NCBI GenBank assembly: GCA_973895155.1
Contig: OZ316891.1
Location: 964,143-1,028,142, forward strand
Length of the DNA stretch: 64,000 nucleotides
Reading direction: 5' to 3'
Origin: Marsupella aquatica
Taxonomy: Eukaryota; Plantae; Marchantiophyta
In this document: piece by piece, positions 62,471 to 64,000 of the stretch
Position numbering within the stretch: the first letter of the stretch is position 1
Layout of the letters: each line of letters starts with the position of its first letter
Position numbers and translations under genes: made by a program
The notes under the pieces: generated by a model
Databases searched by the model: none
What the model was told of the DNA's origin: nothing
The model's input: the letters and a program-made list of their open reading frames with translations, nothing else

Positions 62471-64000
62471 TTCACCATGCGTCAGTTTTTGAAGTGTTGT
62501 GACTCTAGCTACTTAAATTCTGTCGAAAGAAGTTCAAGTCTCTTTGTATTTGAATCTCCTAACTTTGTCTGCGGAGATGGGAGGTATAGTTAAAAAATCA
62601 TCTCTCCCTCCCTCTCTGGTATGATTTTGAGTTCTGTCACTTCTCTTCACGAAGAATACGAGAGAATAGAAGAAGACAATTTGTACACCAACTTCTCTTG
62701 ACATGTAGTCTCAATCAACTGATGTGTGTAAAATAATGTTTTGTTCGCTCTATTGAGAACGATCACAGGTTATATTCGGGCCTTAGCTTAGTTTATGCTT
62801 GTTCTAAAAGCTCACACATCTTTACATTCTAGTTTTTCCTTCCAAGAGTGATCACATGGCATTATTGCTACACGATTCCAGTCAAGCTATTCCCAAGCTG
62901 GATGGCAATGCCAACTAAGATGCATCGCAACTTCTTGTTTTTGCAAGCCTTTCATCGACTGGCGGTTGGGAGTTCTTAAACGGCACTAGAGTTCCACCTA
63001 CATGCAAAGCCGAGGAAAAGGCATGCAATACTCGTAGACCAGGATGACAATGAAATACAGTCACTGTGCAGCAGTTTCAGCAATAGTTCAAGGGTAGCAA
63101 TCATGATTGTTCAGGCATCTACCCCTGCTCCATTGCCATTTTCTCCTTCATTTTGTTGATCTTTTCAATTTTGTTCAATTCTCTTTTCAAGCGCACCCTG
63201 AGGAGGGTCCAGTGAGTGACATTTCAACACGGATTCCTGATTCAGGAAGCTAATCACCATTTTTGACATACTAAGGCAGATCCTGTGAGAAAAATCTTGA
63301 CACAGATTGTTGACTCACGCGCTAATCACAATTCTGTGCAACAACAAATCATTTTTCCGAATTACGTTATGGATCCGTTGTCCATCATACTGGAGCGGGC
63401 CCAACCATCTCACCGGGATATATACGGGCAAGTCAATTTGCGATTATAGCACAGTGATTGCGATAAATCTTTGTGGTGTTTGCTATCTGGCTACCAATGT
63501 GCTCAATACTATCTCTGAGCATCTTCTAGAGCAACAGGGCATCTATGGACCTATTTGCTGTGAACTTCACCATTCCATAAATTGTTTTTGATGTCATGGG
63601 CCCTATCTCTACTACTGGTCTTGCCAGTCAGAAATATTTTTGTGCCTAGTTACAGATGACTATTCACAGTTGGGTGGGGTGTGTGATAGGATGCTCTGTC
63701 TTCTCTCCTGATTGATTCCTATCTGTTGTTAGAGTTTCTTTGGGTACTTGTGTTACTAATGTGAAATGCCGCGTGTGTTAGTCGCTGCACTTTCCACGTG
63801 TCAGTACCTTACAGTTGAAGTGTTTCCATTTTAGCTTTACTCATGTGTAAACTGCCGCGGGTGTAAGTTCAGGGTTTAGGGTAAGTCATTGATTCACCAC
63901 ACGTCAGTGTTTGAAGTGTTTTCTGCTTTATGTTGAAAGAACTTCACGTCTCTTTGTATTTGAATTATCTCCTTTGTCCGCGGGGATGGGAGATATTAAA
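62471..64000 (+). repeat. Diverged ~120-bp direct repeats (62471-62594 and 63893-64000)
   Basis: TTCACCA..CGTCAGT.TTTGAAGTGTT...GAAAGAA.TTCA.GTCTCTTTGTATTTGAAT...GATGGGAG occurs in both. Confidence 0.7.

Noticed and set aside
62850-63600. Possible retroelement or gene remnant between the terminal direct repeats
   Set aside because: No gag, RT, integrase or transposase motifs are seen. The repeats are short, diverged and cut by the window edge, so they cannot be called LTRs.

Overview
Eukaryotic, intron-containing land-plant DNA. The gene repertoire suggests a non-seed plant such as a liverwort or moss, which is an inference. Both flanks hold a birth-and-death cluster of Mx-like dynamins (DRP4 type: one complete 5-exon gene, one running off the window, one 3' fragment). 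Each dynamin sits tail-to-tail with a coiled-coil C3HC4-RING gene, and there is also a frameshifted F-box/kelch gene. The middle ~32 kb is a nest of transposons inside a foldback host repeat with Helitron-like ends. The first is a 17.4-kb CACTA element (19165-36588, GAG TSD) with disrupted TnpD/TnpA and intact cargo ORFs: an EDM2-type composite PHD, a tandem BRCT and a Cys-rich ORF. The second is a 10.4-kb Sola-like DDD transposon (37545-47977, 26-bp TIRs, ACAA TSD, empty site confirmed by the opposite foldback arm). It encodes an intact transposase and a convergent ParB/Srx-like + beta-class DNA amino-methyltransferase fusion, and it carries about 14 copies of the palindrome CGATAC-NN-GTATCG. 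The best candidate novel system is this parS/ParB-like self-recognising, self-methylating transposon. All coordinates were read by eye and no database searches were run.
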